Assembly (NCBI GenBank): GCA_965219575.1
Contig: OZ244779.1
Span: 2,092,769-2,156,768, forward strand
Direction: 5' to 3'
DNA from: Candidatus Oxydemutatoraceae bacterium
Lineage (GTDB): Bacteria > Pseudomonadota > Gammaproteobacteria > Poriferisulfidales > Oxydemutatoraceae
DNA length: 64,000 nt
Shown: piece after piece, positions 53,551-64,000 of the stretch
Layout of the letters: the number at the start of each line of letters is the position of its first letter
Numbering within the stretch: the first letter of the stretch is position 1
Position numbers and translations under genes: made by a program
The notes under the pieces: model-generated
The model's input: the letters and a program-made list of their open reading frames with translations, nothing else
The model's database searches: none
What the model was told of the DNA's origin: nothing

Positions 53551-54381
53551 CTATCTTCTATTACTGCGACGACGCACGATATATTTACCGGTGCTTCTAT
53601 TTTTTCTAGTCCTAAAACCTTTGGTCGGCATTCCCCACGGGCTCACCGGGTGACGGCCGCCGGAAGTTTTGCCCTCACCACCGCCGTGCGGATGATCTAT
53701 AGGGTTCATCGCCACACCTCTAACCGTAGGCCTCACTCCCCGCCATCTCTTGGCACCGGCTTTACCCAGTTTTCTTAGACCGTGTTCGTTGTTGGAAACG
53801 ATGCCGATCGTTGCACGGCATTTCAATTCTATGCGGCGCATTTCTCCCGATACCAGTCGCAACATTGCGTAATTCCCTTCACGCGCCACATATTGCAACG
53901 AGGTGCCTGCCGCCCGTGCCAGCTGCGCACCCTTCTCGGGCTTCATCTCTACACAATGTACGGTTGTGCCGACCGGGATATCTTTGAGTAAAAGTGCGTT
54001 CCCGCGTTTGATCGGTGCATCGCTACCCGACATGAGTTTATCCCCGGGCGCGACATTCTCGGGGGCGATAATGTAGCGTCGTTCTCCGTCGGCGTATAAC
54101 ACCAAAGCGATATTTGCGCTTCTGTTCGGGTCGTATTCTATGCGTTCTACACGACACGCAACTCCGTCCTTGTTGCGCTTAAAGTCGATATGGCGGTAAC
54201 GACGTTTATGCCCACCACCTATATGCCGCACCGTAATTCTGCCACCGGAACCGCGTCCGCTACTTGTTTTTTTGCCTCGCACCAAAGGCGCATACGGATC
54301 GCCTTTGTGTAAGCCACCGCGCTTGGTCGTCACCCTAAAGCGGGTGCCCGGCGATGTCGGTTTATATTTATTCAATGCCAT
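53551..54381 (-). CDS. rplB: 50S ribosomal protein L2
   Basis: [27 protein letters not shown]. Confidence 0.98.
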   Translation of the reverse strand: MALNKYKPTSPGTRFRVTTKRGGLHKGDPYAPLVRGKKTSSGRGSGGRITVRHIGGGHKRRYRHIDFKRNKDGVACRVERIEYDPNRSANIALVLYADGERRYIIAPENVAPGDKLMSGSDAPIKRGNALLLKDIPVGTTVHCVEMKPEKGAQLARAAGTSLQYVAREGNYAMLRLVSGEMRRIELKCRATIGIVSNNEHGLRKLGKAGAKRWRGVRPTVRGVAMNPIDHPHGGGEGKTSGGRHPVSPWGMPTKGFRTRKNRSTGKYIVRRRSNRR

Positions 54382-54690
54382 TTATTCGCTCCCCGAAACG
54401 ATGATATTGGAACCTTCGGCTAAGGTGACATAGGCTTTTTTCCAGTCCTTGCAACGCCCGAGCTTAGCTTTAATCCTTCCTTTGCGCTTGCCTTTGACGT
54501 TGACGACACACACTCGCTCGACCTTGACCTCGTAATGCGATTCAATCGCTTTTTTAATTGCGTGTTTGGTCGCTCGGGGTGCAACCCTGAATGTGTGTTG
54601 ATTGGACTGCATGACTCGGGTTGATTTTTCGGAGATGTGCGGGCGGATTAACACACGAGCGGTTTTTTCTATCGGTAGTAAATTTTTCAT
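54382..54690 (-). CDS. rplW: 50S ribosomal protein L23
   Basis: PHISEKS, WKKAYVTL. Confidence 0.96.
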   Translation of the reverse strand: MKNLLPIEKTARVLIRPHISEKSTRVMQSNQHTFRVAPRATKHAIKKAIESHYEVKVERVCVVNVKGKRKGRIKAKLGRCKDWKKAYVTLAEGSNIIVSGSE

Positions 54691-55289
54691 TGCAGGTTTT
54701 CCTGTATCTTTTCGATCGCTTGCTTGGTCATCAATACCTTATCGAAACGCATCAAATTCACCGGGTCTATTTCGTGCGCCAGCAATACGCCGACCCATGG
54801 GATATTACCGCTCGCCATAAAGAGGGTCTCGTCCTCTTCCGCCAGCACGATTAAAACCGAGGTGATAGACAGTGCTTTTAGTTTCTCTACCAACAACTTG
54901 GTCTTGGGCTTTTCTATCGTCAATTCATCTATGACGATTAAACGGTTTGAGCGGTTAAGCTCGGATAGCAGAGACTTTAGCGCGCCGCGATACATCTTTT
55001 TATTCAGCTTTTGATTAAAGCTGCGCGGTTGTGCTGCGAAAGTACGACCGCCACCTCGCCATAACGGGCTTCTTATGGTTCCGGCACGCGCACGCCCCAT
55101 ACCCTTTTGACGCCACGGCTTACTCCCGCCACCGGCGACTCTAGAACGATTTTTTTGAGCTTTGGTGCCGCTTCGCGCCCGTGCTTGAAATGCTACTGCG
55201 ACTTGATGTATCAAGGCTTCGTTGTAGCGACAATCAAAGATGCCCGCATCGACGGACAAGGTGCCGCCGTCCGCTCGTTTAAGTTCCAT
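54687..55289 (-). CDS. rplD: 50S ribosomal protein L4
   Basis: KPWRQKG.GRARAG..RSP.WRGGG. Confidence 0.97.
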   Translation of the reverse strand: MELKRADGGTLSVDAGIFDCRYNEALIHQVAVAFQARARSGTKAQKNRSRVAGGGSKPWRQKGMGRARAGTIRSPLWRGGGRTFAAQPRSFNQKLNKKMYRGALKSLLSELNRSNRLIVIDELTIEKPKTKLLVEKLKALSITSVLIVLAEEDETLFMASGNIPWVGVLLAHEIDPVNLMRFDKVLMTKQAIEKIQENLQ

Positions 55290-56181
55290 CTTTGTTTCCT
55301 TCTTTTTGTGGTTGCGCCTGTTTGGATTCGGCTTTTTGATTCATTTCGGCGGCTGGTTTGGGTTGTGAACCGGGTTCTGTCGATTCGGTGGCTTGTTCTG
55401 CGGATGCCTCTTGCTCTGCACTTGAGGCTGGTTCGGGTTGTGCTTCCTCTTTCGCTTCGGTAGTTGGTTCGGATTGTGGTGTTGTTTCGTCGGATTGTTG
55501 TGGTTCTATATCGGGAGAGACCGCTTGTATATCTATATCGGATAAATGTCGTATCAATACCGTGTTATTACGGCTACCGGGTACCGCACCTTTAATCCAT
55601 AATAGCTGGCGTTCTTCGTCTACTTTGACGATTTCCAAATTTTTGACGGTCACACGCGCATTGCCCATTTGCCCCGGCATTTTTTTGCCTTTGAACACAC
55701 GCCCCGGAAACTGACATTGCCCTACCGAACCCATGACTCGATGAGATAACGAGTTGCCGTGGCTATTGTCCTGTCCGCGAAAATTATGTCGTTTGATGGT
55801 GCCGGCAAACCCTTTGCCTTTGCTGATTCCCGTAACTCGTACTTTTTGTCCTTCGCTGAATATTTCTACACCGATTTGTCCGCCGACTTTTTTGACTTCG
55901 CTGTCGGCAATACGAAATTCATGTATTTCTTTACCTGCCAGCACGCTTGTTTTTCTAAAATGCCCTTTCATAGGACGCGTAATCCGCGATGCTTTTTTGT
56001 TATCGCCACCGACTAGCTGCATTGCATTATAGCCGTCTTTCTCGGTGGTCTTGACTTGCGCTATGCGATTAGGAATGACGCGGATAATAGTGCACGGTAC
56101 GGAGATACCCTCCGCCTTAAAGAGCCTACTCATGCCTGCTTTCTGCCCGATCACGCCTATTGCCATTGTCTCGTCCGTCAA
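55279..56181 (-). CDS. rplC: 50S ribosomal protein L3 with acidic C-terminal extension
   Basis: [31 protein letters not shown], then about 85 aa rich in E/Q/P/A/S. Confidence 0.96.
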   Translation of the reverse strand: MTDETMAIGVIGQKAGMSRLFKAEGISVPCTIIRVIPNRIAQVKTTEKDGYNAMQLVGGDNKKASRITRPMKGHFRKTSVLAGKEIHEFRIADSEVKKVGGQIGVEIFSEGQKVRVTGISKGKGFAGTIKRHNFRGQDNSHGNSLSHRVMGSVGQCQFPGRVFKGKKMPGQMGNARVTVKNLEIVKVDEERQLLWIKGAVPGSRNNTVLIRHLSDIDIQAVSPDIEPQQSDETTPQSEPTTEAKEEAQPEPASSAEQEASAEQATESTEPGSQPKPAAEMNQKAESKQAQPQKEGNKDGT

Positions 56182-56507
56182 TTCAACTTTATCTGTACAT
56201 CTACGCCGGCGGCCAAATCCAAATTCATTAATGCATCTACCGTTTTCTCGGTCGGGCCGACGATATCCATAATGCGTTTATGAGTTCTAATCTCGTATTG
56301 ATCGCGGGCATCTTTGTCTACATGAGGCGAGATCAACACCGTAAAGTGTTCTATCTTGGTCGGTAAAGGAATAGGTCCTTTAATACTGGCACCGGTGCGT
56401 TTAACCGCTTCTGCAATCTCACTCACGGATTTGTCGAGCAAACGATGATCGAAGGCTTTTAATCTAATTCTTATTTTGCTCCCTGTTTCTAACATTTGCT
56501 TGGCCAT
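56178..56507 (-). CDS. rpsJ: 30S ribosomal protein S10
   Basis: [30 protein letters not shown]. Confidence 0.98.
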   Translation of the reverse strand: MAKQMLETGSKIRIRLKAFDHRLLDKSVSEIAEAVKRTGASIKGPIPLPTKIEHFTVLISPHVDKDARDQYEIRTHKRIMDIVGPTEKTVDALMNLDLAAGVDVQIKLN

Positions 56508-56532
56508 TTTTCGATTCCCCGTATAGTGCGTT

Positions 56533-57726
56533 TTATTCTATGATTTTAGCTACTACGCCTGCGCCTACCGTGCGACCCCCTTCCCTAATCGCAAAACGCA
56601 GACCTTCTTCCATCGCAATCGGTCCTATTAAACTCACCGTCATCTTCACATTGTCCCCCGGCATCACCATCTCTACACCCGACTCCAACTCTACCGCACC
56701 GGTCACATCGGTCGTCCTAAAATAAAACTGCGGTCGGTAGCCTTTGAAAAACGGCGTGTGTCGACCGCCTTCCTCTTTCGACAATATATACACCTCGGCC
56801 TCGAACTTCTTGTGCGGGGTGATCGAACCCGGCTTGCACAATACCTGACCTCGCTCTACCTCCTCTCGTTTCGTCCCCCGCAACAGCACCCCGACATTGT
56901 CTCCGGCACGACCTTCGTCCAACAACTTCCTGAACATCTCTACTCCCGTACAGGTCGTCTTGTTCGTCTCTCTTATCCCGACAATCTCTATCTCGTCTCC
57001 TACTTTCACGATGCCTCGCTCTATACGACCGGTCACCACCGTCCCCCGTCCCGATATCGAAAATACATCTTCCACCGGCATCAGATAATCTCCGTCTATC
57101 GCCCGCTCCGGCTCCGGGATATACTTGTCCATCTCGGCTATCAACTGCTCTACCGACGACACCCCCATCTCCGAACCGTCTCCTTCCAACGCCTTCAGTG
57201 CCGAACCCGCCACAATCGGTATGTCGTCTCCCGGAAACTCGTAGTTCGACAATAACTCGCGCACTTCCATCTCTACCAACTCCATCAACTCCTTGTCGTC
57301 CACCATATCGGCTTTGTTCAAATACACGACGATATGCGGCACTCCCACTTGCCGTGCCAACAAAATATGCTCTCGCGTCTGTGGCATCGGACCGTCCGCC
57401 GCACTCACCACCAATATCGCCCCGTCCATCTGTGCCGCGCCGGTTATCATGTTCTTGATATAGTCGGCGTGTCCCGGACAATCTACATGCGCATAGTGTC
57501 TCACTTGCGACTCATACTCCACATGCGCCGTCGCGATCGTGATCCCGCGCTCTCGTTCCTCCGGCGCATTGTCTATCTGCTCATACGAGCGATACTCGCC
57601 GGCACCCTGATTATCCGACATCACCTTGGTCATCGCCGCCGTCAATGTCGTCTTGCCGTGATCCACATGTCCTATGGTTCCTACATTGACATGCGGTTTC
57701 GTTCTTTCAAATTTTTCTTTAGACAT
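56533..57726 (-). CDS. tuf: Elongation factor Tu
   Basis: [21 protein letters not shown]. Confidence 0.99.
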   Translation of the reverse strand: MSKEKFERTKPHVNVGTIGHVDHGKTTLTAAMTKVMSDNQGAGEYRSYEQIDNAPEERERGITIATAHVEYESQVRHYAHVDCPGHADYIKNMITGAAQMDGAILVVSAADGPMPQTREHILLARQVGVPHIVVYLNKADMVDDKELMELVEMEVRELLSNYEFPGDDIPIVAGSALKALEGDGSEMGVSSVEQLIAEMDKYIPEPERAIDGDYLMPVEDVFSISGRGTVVTGRIERGIVKVGDEIEIVGIRETNKTTCTGVEMFRKLLDEGRAGDNVGVLLRGTKREEVERGQVLCKPGSITPHKKFEAEVYILSKEEGGRHTPFFKGYRPQFYFRTTDVTGAVELESGVEMVMPGDNVKMTVSLIGPIAMEEGLRFAIREGGRTVGAGVVAKIIE

Positions 57727-57740
57727 ATTATTTCTATTGT

Positions 57741-59831
57741 TTATTGTTTCTTAATAATCTCATCGGCTACATTATTCGGCACTTGCGTATACTTCAAAAA
57801 TTCCATCGTATACGTTGCCCGACCTTGCGTAGCCGAACGTAAATCCGTCGCATAACCGAACATTTCCTTAAGCGGCACTTCGGCGCGTATCGTCTTACCC
57901 AATACGCTCTCTTCCATGGCATCTATAATGCCTCTGCGCCTATTCAAGTCACCTACGACATCGCCCATATAATCCTCCGGGGTTACGACTTCTACTTTCA
58001 TCATAGGTTCGAGTAGCACCGGCGAGGCATTGTTAAATCCTTCTCTAAAGCAACGCGAGGCAGCGGTCTTAAACGCAATTTCCGACGAATCTACATCGTG
58101 ATACGAACCGTCGTATAAAGTCACCTTAACATCAACCACCGGGTACCCTGCAATCACGCCGTTCTGCATCTGCTCCTGAACACCTTTATCGACCGCCGGG
58201 ATATATTCCTTAGGCACGACACCGCCTACTATTTCGTTGACAAAGGTATAGCCGCTGCCCGCCTCGGCGGGTTCTATCTTCAACCACACATGTCCGTATT
58301 GCCCCCGACCACCGGTTTGCTTGATATATTTGCCTTCTTGTTGAATCGCTTGAAGTGCGGTCTCGCGATACGCAACCTGCGGTTCGCCTACATTGGCATC
58401 GACATTGAACTCACGACGCAAACGATCTACGATGATCTCCAGATGCAATTCACCCATCCCCGAAATAATCGTTTGACCCGACTCCTCGTCGGTCTTGACC
58501 TTGAAGGAAGGGTCTTCGGTGGATAATTTCTGCAAAGCCAGACCCATTTTTTCTTGATCTACTTTGGTCTTCGGCTCTACCGCCACTGCGATAACCGGTT
58601 CCGGAAAATTCATACTTTCGAGTGCAATCGGGTTGGTGCCGTCGCATAGGGTGTGACCCGTAACCACGCCTTTGAAACCGACACCGGCGGCAATATCCCC
58701 TGCCCTTACTTCTTTGATTTCCTCACGAGAATTAGAATGCATTTGCAACAATCTCCCGGCGCGCTCTTTTTTGTCGGTTGAAGCATTCAAAATACTATCG
58801 CCGGAATTCAACACACCCGAATACACACGAAAAAAGGTTAACACACCGACATACGGGTCGGTCGCAACTTTGAAAGCCAAAGCCGAAAAGGGTTCGTCGT
58901 CGGATGCTTTGCGTCGCGGCGGTTCCTTACCGTCTTCGCATAAACCGACGATATCGGGCACCTCCGACGGCGACGGCAGATAATAAATCGCTGCATCGAG
59001 CAGTGCTTGAACACCCTTATTCTTAAACGCCGTTCCACACAATACCGGCACGATCTCGTTGGCAAGGGTACGAATGCGTATACCTTTGCGTATATCGTCC
59101 GCTTGCAGTTCGTCTTCCAGATATTTCTCCATCAGCTCTTCGCTGGCTTCGGCGGCACTCTCGGTGAGTTGATGACGCAAGGCTTCACATGCCTCTTTCA
59201 TGTCGTCGGGGATATCACCCGCTTCATAAGTAACACCTTTGTCTTCACTATTCCAGCGTACTGCCGTCCGGGTGACTAAATCTATGACACCTTCAAACTT
59301 GTCCTCACTTCCTATAGGCACTTGTAGCGGTATCGCTTTTGCCCCCAAGCGATCCTTTATCTGAGATACAACTCTAAAGAAATCGGCACCCGCCCTATCC
59401 ATCTTGTTGACGAATGCAATACGCGGAACTTTATAGCGGTTGGCTTGCCGCCACACCGTCTCCGATTGTGGTTCGACACCGCCGACCGCACAAAATACCG
59501 CAACGGCACCGTCCAATACGCGCAAAGAACGCTCCACTTCTATGGTGAAATCGACATGGCCGGGCGTGTCTATAATGTTGATGCGGTGTTCGTCGAACTG
59601 CTGATCCATGCCTTGCCAAAAGCATGTGGTTGCTGCCGAGGTGATCGTGATACCGCGTTCTTGTTCTTGTTCCATCCAGTCCATAACCGCCGAGCCTTCG
59701 TGCACCTCACCCATTTTGTGCGAGATGCCGGTGTAGAATAAAATTCTTTCGGTCGTCGTCGTTTTGCCGGCATCTATATGTGCCATGATGCCGATGTTGC
59801 GATAGCGTTGCAAAGGTGTCTTACGAGCCAT
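57741..59831 (-). CDS. fusA: Elongation factor G
   Basis: [28 protein letters not shown]. Confidence 0.99.
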   Translation of the reverse strand: MARKTPLQRYRNIGIMAHIDAGKTTTTERILFYTGISHKMGEVHEGSAVMDWMEQEQERGITITSAATTCFWQGMDQQFDEHRINIIDTPGHVDFTIEVERSLRVLDGAVAVFCAVGGVEPQSETVWRQANRYKVPRIAFVNKMDRAGADFFRVVSQIKDRLGAKAIPLQVPIGSEDKFEGVIDLVTRTAVRWNSEDKGVTYEAGDIPDDMKEACEALRHQLTESAAEASEELMEKYLEDELQADDIRKGIRIRTLANEIVPVLCGTAFKNKGVQALLDAAIYYLPSPSEVPDIVGLCEDGKEPPRRKASDDEPFSALAFKVATDPYVGVLTFFRVYSGVLNSGDSILNASTDKKERAGRLLQMHSNSREEIKEVRAGDIAAGVGFKGVVTGHTLCDGTNPIALESMNFPEPVIAVAVEPKTKVDQEKMGLALQKLSTEDPSFKVKTDEESGQTIISGMGELHLEIIVDRLRREFNVDANVGEPQVAYRETALQAIQQEGKYIKQTGGRGQYGHVWLKIEPAEAGSGYTFVNEIVGGVVPKEYIPAVDKGVQEQMQNGVIAGYPVVDVKVTLYDGSYHDVDSSEIAFKTAASRCFREGFNNASPVLLEPMMKVEVVTPEDYMGDVVGDLNRRRGIIDAMEESVLGKTIRAEVPLKEMFGYATDLRSATQGRATYTMEFLKYTQVPNNVADEIIKKQ

Positions 59832-59835
59832 CTTT

Positions 59836-60303
59836 CTACCATCTGTAATGTGAGAAGGCTTTGTTCGCTTCCGCCATCTTCATCGTGTCTTCGCGTTTCT
59901 TGACGGCACCCCCGCGACTATCCGCAGCATCTCGTATCTCTGCAGCGAGCTTGTTGACCATAGAGTCCGCTTTGCGCTTGCTCGCCGCATCGATAATCCA
60001 ACGCATCGCCAAGGTTTGCTGACGAACCGGGCGCACTTCTACCGGCACCTGATAGTTTGCCCCGCCCACTCTGCGAGATTTGACTTCGACGCGGGGCTTG
60101 GCCGCATCCAAAGCCTTCTTAAACACTTCCAATGCTTTATCGGGCTTTTTATCGATTTTATTTAATGCGCCGTACACGATGCCTTCGGCAACGGACTTCT
60201 TGCCTCGCTGCATCACCAAGTTGATAAACTTGGCAAGCGTTTGGTCGTGGTACTTTGGATCTACTAATATCTCTCGGGGCTGTATTTCACGGCGACGCGG
60301 CAT
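59836..60303 (-). CDS. rpsG: 30S ribosomal protein S7
   Basis: [20 protein letters not shown]. Confidence 0.98.
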   Translation of the reverse strand: MPRRREIQPREILVDPKYHDQTLAKFINLVMQRGKKSVAEGIVYGALNKIDKKPDKALEVFKKALDAAKPRVEVKSRRVGGANYQVPVEVRPVRQQTLAMRWIIDAASKRKADSMVNKLAAEIRDAADSRGGAVKKREDTMKMAEANKAFSHYRW

Positions 60304-60318
60304 TTTTCTATCCTCCTA

Positions 60319-60693
60319 TTACGCTTTGGCACGTTTGGTTCCGTATTTGGAACGGCCTTTTTTCCTTCCTTCCACGCCTTGAGTATCCAAGCTACCGCGA
60401 ATAGTATGGTAGCGCACTCCCGGCAAATCTTTTACTCGCCCACCCCGTATCAGCACGACCGAGTGCTCCTGTAGGTTGTGTCCTTCACCCCCTATATAGG
60501 TCGTCACCTCGTAGCCGTTTGTCAAGCGAACACGCGCAACTTTGCGCAGTGCCGAATTAGGCTTCTTAGGTGTTGTGGTATAAACACGAGTACAAACACC
60601 GCGCTTTTGAGGACATCTTTCCAATGCCACCACATTACTTTTCGCAACCTTGGGTTTCCTCGGTTTGCGTACTAACTGGTTAATCGTCGTCAT
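60319..60693 (-). CDS. rpsL: 30S ribosomal protein S12
   Basis: [20 protein letters not shown]. Confidence 0.99.
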   Translation of the reverse strand: MTTINQLVRKPRKPKVAKSNVVALERCPQKRGVCTRVYTTTPKKPNSALRKVARVRLTNGYEVTTYIGGEGHNLQEHSVVLIRGGRVKDLPGVRYHTIRGSLDTQGVEGRKKGRSKYGTKRAKA

Positions 60694-60785
60694 GTAATTA
60701 AAATACTCCTTTTCGGCAATATATAAGCGTAAATAGTCCTACCCCGCCTTGTCGGCGGAATCAGCCTTGAGGGGAAGGATAAGGA

Positions 60786-60814
60786 ATTATAATAGGAAAT
60801 GCGTAAATGTGCAA
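60786..60814 (-). promoter_or_regulatory. sigma70 promoter of the str operon
   Basis: TTGCAC (60814-60809), 17 bp spacer, TATAAT (60791-60786); about 90 bp upstream of rpsL. Confidence 0.75.
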
Positions 60815-60856
60815 GGGAAAACCTTGATTTTTTTGTCAATCCCAAGTAGAAATGTG

Positions 60857-60968
60857 GGCTATTGAAAAATAGAACCGCCGATTGAGTGGCGTGTCTATAT
60901 AAGTCAATTCCCCTCCTGCGGAGGGGAATATACCGTCCCTATAGTTCATGGATACTTTTTCAACGGCT
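60857..60968. repeat. Repeat mosaic H: TIR-bounded mini-element
   Basis: GGGCTATTGAAAAA...TTTTTCAACGGC ends enclosing a CCGCCGATTGAG arm and an ATTCCCCTCC-TGC-GGAGGGGAAT hairpin. Confidence 0.85.
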
Positions 60969-60975
60969 TCATATG

Positions 60976-62247
60976 TCATTGTGCATCGCCGATCGGCGCG
61001 GCGAATGCGTCGCCGGTGAGTTCGGCTATATTGGCACCGGTTAAGGTTTTAAGAAACGCAAGCAGTGCTTGCTTTTCTCGTTGCTTAAGAGTTAACGCTT
61101 TAATCAGAGGGCTCAACCTAGGGTTTGGTATGCCGCCTTTATCGTAAAAGTCGATGACTGCTTCCAAGGTTGCCAGTTGACCGTTGTGCATATACGGTGC
61201 GCTGAGTTCTATATTACGCAGTGTGGGTGTTAGATATTTCCATAAATCGTCCGGGTTTTCGCTCACTTCGTATCGTCCTAAATCATTTCTCATCGTGTGT
61301 CGGCTTTGCGATACCGAGTTGATTAATTCGCTTTTGACATCTACGAAAGTGCCCGGTGCCAGTTGCACGCGATAAGTCGGGGGTTCCTTGCTCATCGCAA
61401 TGTCGTAACCCAGACCGGTATTATGTAGCGAGTTGTCGGTGAACAATGCGTATTCTTCACCGATTAAATGACAGGCGGAACAAGCCCCCTTGCCGGTGAA
61501 TATCTCGAAACCGAGCTGTTCTTCTTCGTTCAACAGTGCTTTTTCGTCGCCGTAGTACCAGCGATCAAAACGGGAGTTTGCAGAGATTAGCGTGCGCTGA
61601 TATTGCGCGAGTGCCATGCCTATGGTTTCCATAGAAGCCGAGCGACCGAATGCCTTTTCAAACAAGCCATTATAATCTTCGATATCGTTGATTTTTTGTA
61701 TCACATAACCGATCGAGGGATTTGCCATTTCATTACGTGCCAGCATCGGTGCCCATACCTGGTTCTCCAATGTGAATTCTCTGCCGTCGTGGAATAGCAT
61801 CGTCTTATAGGCAACATTGAGTATCGTCGGCGCATTGCGCCGCACACTGCGACCTTCTACACCAACCGAAGTTTGATGTTCGTTATTGGCAAAACCCATT
61901 TCGGGTACGTGGCAAATAGCACAAGACATCGTGTCGTTGATGGACAGCCGTCTATCAAAAAATAATCGTCTGCCGAGTTCGATCCCGGCACGGCTGAGCG
62001 AATTATCGGGTGGGTGTTTTACCGAAGGTACGCCGAATTGTGAAGTGGTGGCTATTTTGTAAAGATCGGCTGCCACGCCGACCCGTTCCATCAGGCTTTC
62101 GGTTCGGGTTACATAATCGGATGACTCATAGCCGTCGCGCACATCACCCGAGCGCAGCAATGTTTGATGCGCAGACCAAGCCACCGACAATGATACAACG
62201 GCAATAATGCCGCCGAGCGTACTTAAGATACGAACACGCCTATTCAT
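60976..62247 (-). CDS. Di-heme cytochrome c peroxidase / MauG-like protein
   Basis: LGRRLFFD.RLS, CAICH, RNAPT, CSACH, TPTLRN...APYMHNG; N-terminal hydrophobic leader. Confidence 0.9.
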   Translation of the reverse strand: MNRRVRILSTLGGIIAVVSLSVAWSAHQTLLRSGDVRDGYESSDYVTRTESLMERVGVAADLYKIATTSQFGVPSVKHPPDNSLSRAGIELGRRLFFDRRLSINDTMSCAICHVPEMGFANNEHQTSVGVEGRSVRRNAPTILNVAYKTMLFHDGREFTLENQVWAPMLARNEMANPSIGYVIQKINDIEDYNGLFEKAFGRSASMETIGMALAQYQRTLISANSRFDRWYYGDEKALLNEEEQLGFEIFTGKGACSACHLIGEEYALFTDNSLHNTGLGYDIAMSKEPPTYRVQLAPGTFVDVKSELINSVSQSRHTMRNDLGRYEVSENPDDLWKYLTPTLRNIELSAPYMHNGQLATLEAVIDFYDKGGIPNPRLSPLIKALTLKQREKQALLAFLKTLTGANIAELTGDAFAAPIGDAQ

Positions 62248-62993
62248 CCGCTCACTTGCGGACGATTCTCTTGCAGTATGGTTTCGATATCGTTTAAGAC
62301 GATATTCGGATGTAAATAACTGACGCTATAGATATTTCTTATATAGCCTTGTTTGTCTATTAAAAAGGATTTTAATACATGGGCAAAGTTTACTTTTTCG
62401 GTATCACCTTCTTTTTCGACGGTTTTGAACACAAACTGTCCGTATTCATCGAGTATGGGGTCTAGTTGTTTTTGCGAACGGGTGGTCGCGAATACCCACT
62501 CGACGGCACCGTCCTTCTTAAAATCTTCGCCATAGGACTTCATTGCATCGGGAGTATCTCTTTCCGGGTCGAAGCTCAATGTGATTAGGCGTATGTCGTC
62601 GTTCATCGCCGAATTTTCTTTTAAGGTCTTATTCATCGAATGCATCACGAAGGTCGTCAAAGGACAGCCGTTGACATCCGAACAACTGGTATAGATAAAA
62701 GAGAGCAGCACAGCTTTGTCTCCTATATACTCGGCGAGGTTTGCCTCGGCACCATTGCTTAACAAAATCTCGCCGCCGCTCGCTTTTTTGATCCGCGGCA
62801 GTTTATAGGTGCCGACCTCGGGCGGTGTGAAATCCAATTCACCCCAGCCGGGGGCCAGTATCTCGGCTCTCTGTTCGGAGGTCTCTTCGCTCTCCGGGTT
62901 CGCCGGAGTCGTCGGGGTCGTCGTTGCATATTGCCAACCGAATGCGACTAAAATTGCGATAACCGCAACGATGTAAAAGCTATTTCTAAACAC
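62244..62993 (-). CDS. SCO1/SenC family copper chaperone
   Basis: FIYTSCSDVNGCP, LSFDPERDTP, conserved His (FAHVL); N-terminal anchor. Confidence 0.9.
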   Translation of the reverse strand: MFRNSFYIVAVIAILVAFGWQYATTTPTTPANPESEETSEQRAEILAPGWGELDFTPPEVGTYKLPRIKKASGGEILLSNGAEANLAEYIGDKAVLLSFIYTSCSDVNGCPLTTFVMHSMNKTLKENSAMNDDIRLITLSFDPERDTPDAMKSYGEDFKKDGAVEWVFATTRSQKQLDPILDEYGQFVFKTVEKEGDTEKVNFAHVLKSFLIDKQGYIRNIYSVSYLHPNIVLNDIETILQENRPQVSG

Positions 62994-63111
62994 TTCTAAT
63001 CTCCTTGATTCATATCTCTATATTAAGTGAACCGTATAAACTTGCCTTTGCATTATACAGAATTTTCGGCTCCCTCCATAACTATCGGGAAGGTTGTCGC
63101 TACAAAGTAGT

Positions 63112-64000
63112 TCAGATATTTTGCAATATCGCTCGTACGCTCGCTTCGGCATCGCCGAATTGCATACGCGTATTCTCCTTAAAGAATAGTGGGTTATCGA
63201 TGCCGGCATAGCCGGTTGCCATGCTACGCTTGAACACGATGACGGCGGACGCTTTCCACACTTCTATAACCGGCATGCCGGCGATAAGGCTGTCGGGATC
63301 TTCGGAGAGCGGGTTGACGATATCGTTGGCACCGACAACCATAACCACATCGGTGTCGGGCATATCGGGGTTGATTTCGTCCATTTCCAGAACGATGTCG
63401 TACGGCACATCGGCTTCGGCAAGCAAAATATTCATGTGTCCGGGTAGACGGCCGGCAACCGGATGGATTGCAAACCGTACATTGATATTTTTTTCACGCA
63501 ATAATTTGACAAGTTCACTAATCGCATTTTGTGCGCGTGCCACCGCCATGCCGTAGCCGGGGACAATCACAACCGTAGAGGCTTCGTTGAGCATTCGGGC
63601 GGTTTCGTCGGCGTGTACCTCTTTGATGTCGCCTTCTACATCGCTACTGATACTCGTGCTACCACCGAAGCCACCGAGTATTACGCTAATGAAGCTTCGG
63701 TTCATCGCACGACACATGATGTAGCTCAAAATGGCACCGCTGGAACCCACCAAAGCACCGGTGATAATGAGCAAATCGTTGTTGAGCATAAAGCCGGTAA
63801 CCGCAGCTGCCCAACCCGAATAGCTATTCAACATCGAGACGACGATAGGCATATCCGCACCGCCGATTGCAGCGACCAAAAAAACACCCAACAACAGAGC
63901 CAGTGCGGTCATTATCAACAAGCTGATCCATGCGATATTGGCATCGGCAGCCAAAAACAAGTAGCCCAAAATAACCGAAACGATAACAATGCCGAGATTG
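63112..64000 (-). CDS. pntB: NAD(P) transhydrogenase beta subunit (3' part; runs off window)
   Basis: [46 protein letters not shown]. Confidence 0.96.
   Translation of the reverse strand, partial: NLGIVIVSVILGYLFLAADANIAWISLLIMTALALLLGVFLVAAIGGADMPIVVSMLNSYSGWAAAVTGFMLNNDLLIITGALVGSSGAILSYIMCRAMNRSFISVILGGFGGSTSISSDVEGDIKEVHADETARMLNEASTVVIVPGYGMAVARAQNAISELVKLLREKNINVRFAIHPVAGRLPGHMNILLAEADVPYDIVLEMDEINPDMPDTDVVMVVGANDIVNPLSEDPDSLIAGMPVIEVWKASAVIVFKRSMATGYAGIDNPLFFKENTRMQFGDAEASVRAILQNI

Overview
A 64 kb core-chromosome segment from a mid-GC gammaproteobacterium; a marine or host-associated lifestyle is plausible but is inference only. The left half (1-30.9 kb, mostly + strand) carries lptF(partial), pepA, valS, ygfZ, rpsP-trmD-rplS-tRNA-Gly-trpS-scpA-scpB-rluB, two ThDP-dependent acetolactate-synthase-family genes (the second coupled to an aldehyde dehydrogenase), pcnB-folK-dNK-panB-panC, a sulfotransferase, a cytoplasmic molybdopterin oxidoreductase with an unusual FAD/NAD reductase-2[4Fe-4S] partner, and a J-domain/vWA/aminotransferase cluster. 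The right half (- strand) carries traB-like, moeB, DUF1244, metY, carAB, the contiguous str-S10-spc-alpha ribosomal superoperon, a SCO1/MauG-like pair and partial pntB. The accessory signal is intergenic. Eight sites hold mosaics built from a shared kit of short modules: two terminal-inverted-repeat types, GTAG-REP hairpins, CCCCTCC/GGAGGGG hairpins and a CTAC-loop hairpin. These are nested in different orders and show compensatory base-pair changes. Two near-identical IS3-family (IS407-group) copies have disrupted an AT-rich subtilase-like gene whose reading frame can be rebuilt by hand, and a diverged IS left end sits upstream of carA. holC, rimM, ilvH and panD are absent from their usual positions. 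No CRISPR array, rRNA or prophage was seen. All calls come from reading the sequence; no searches were run.
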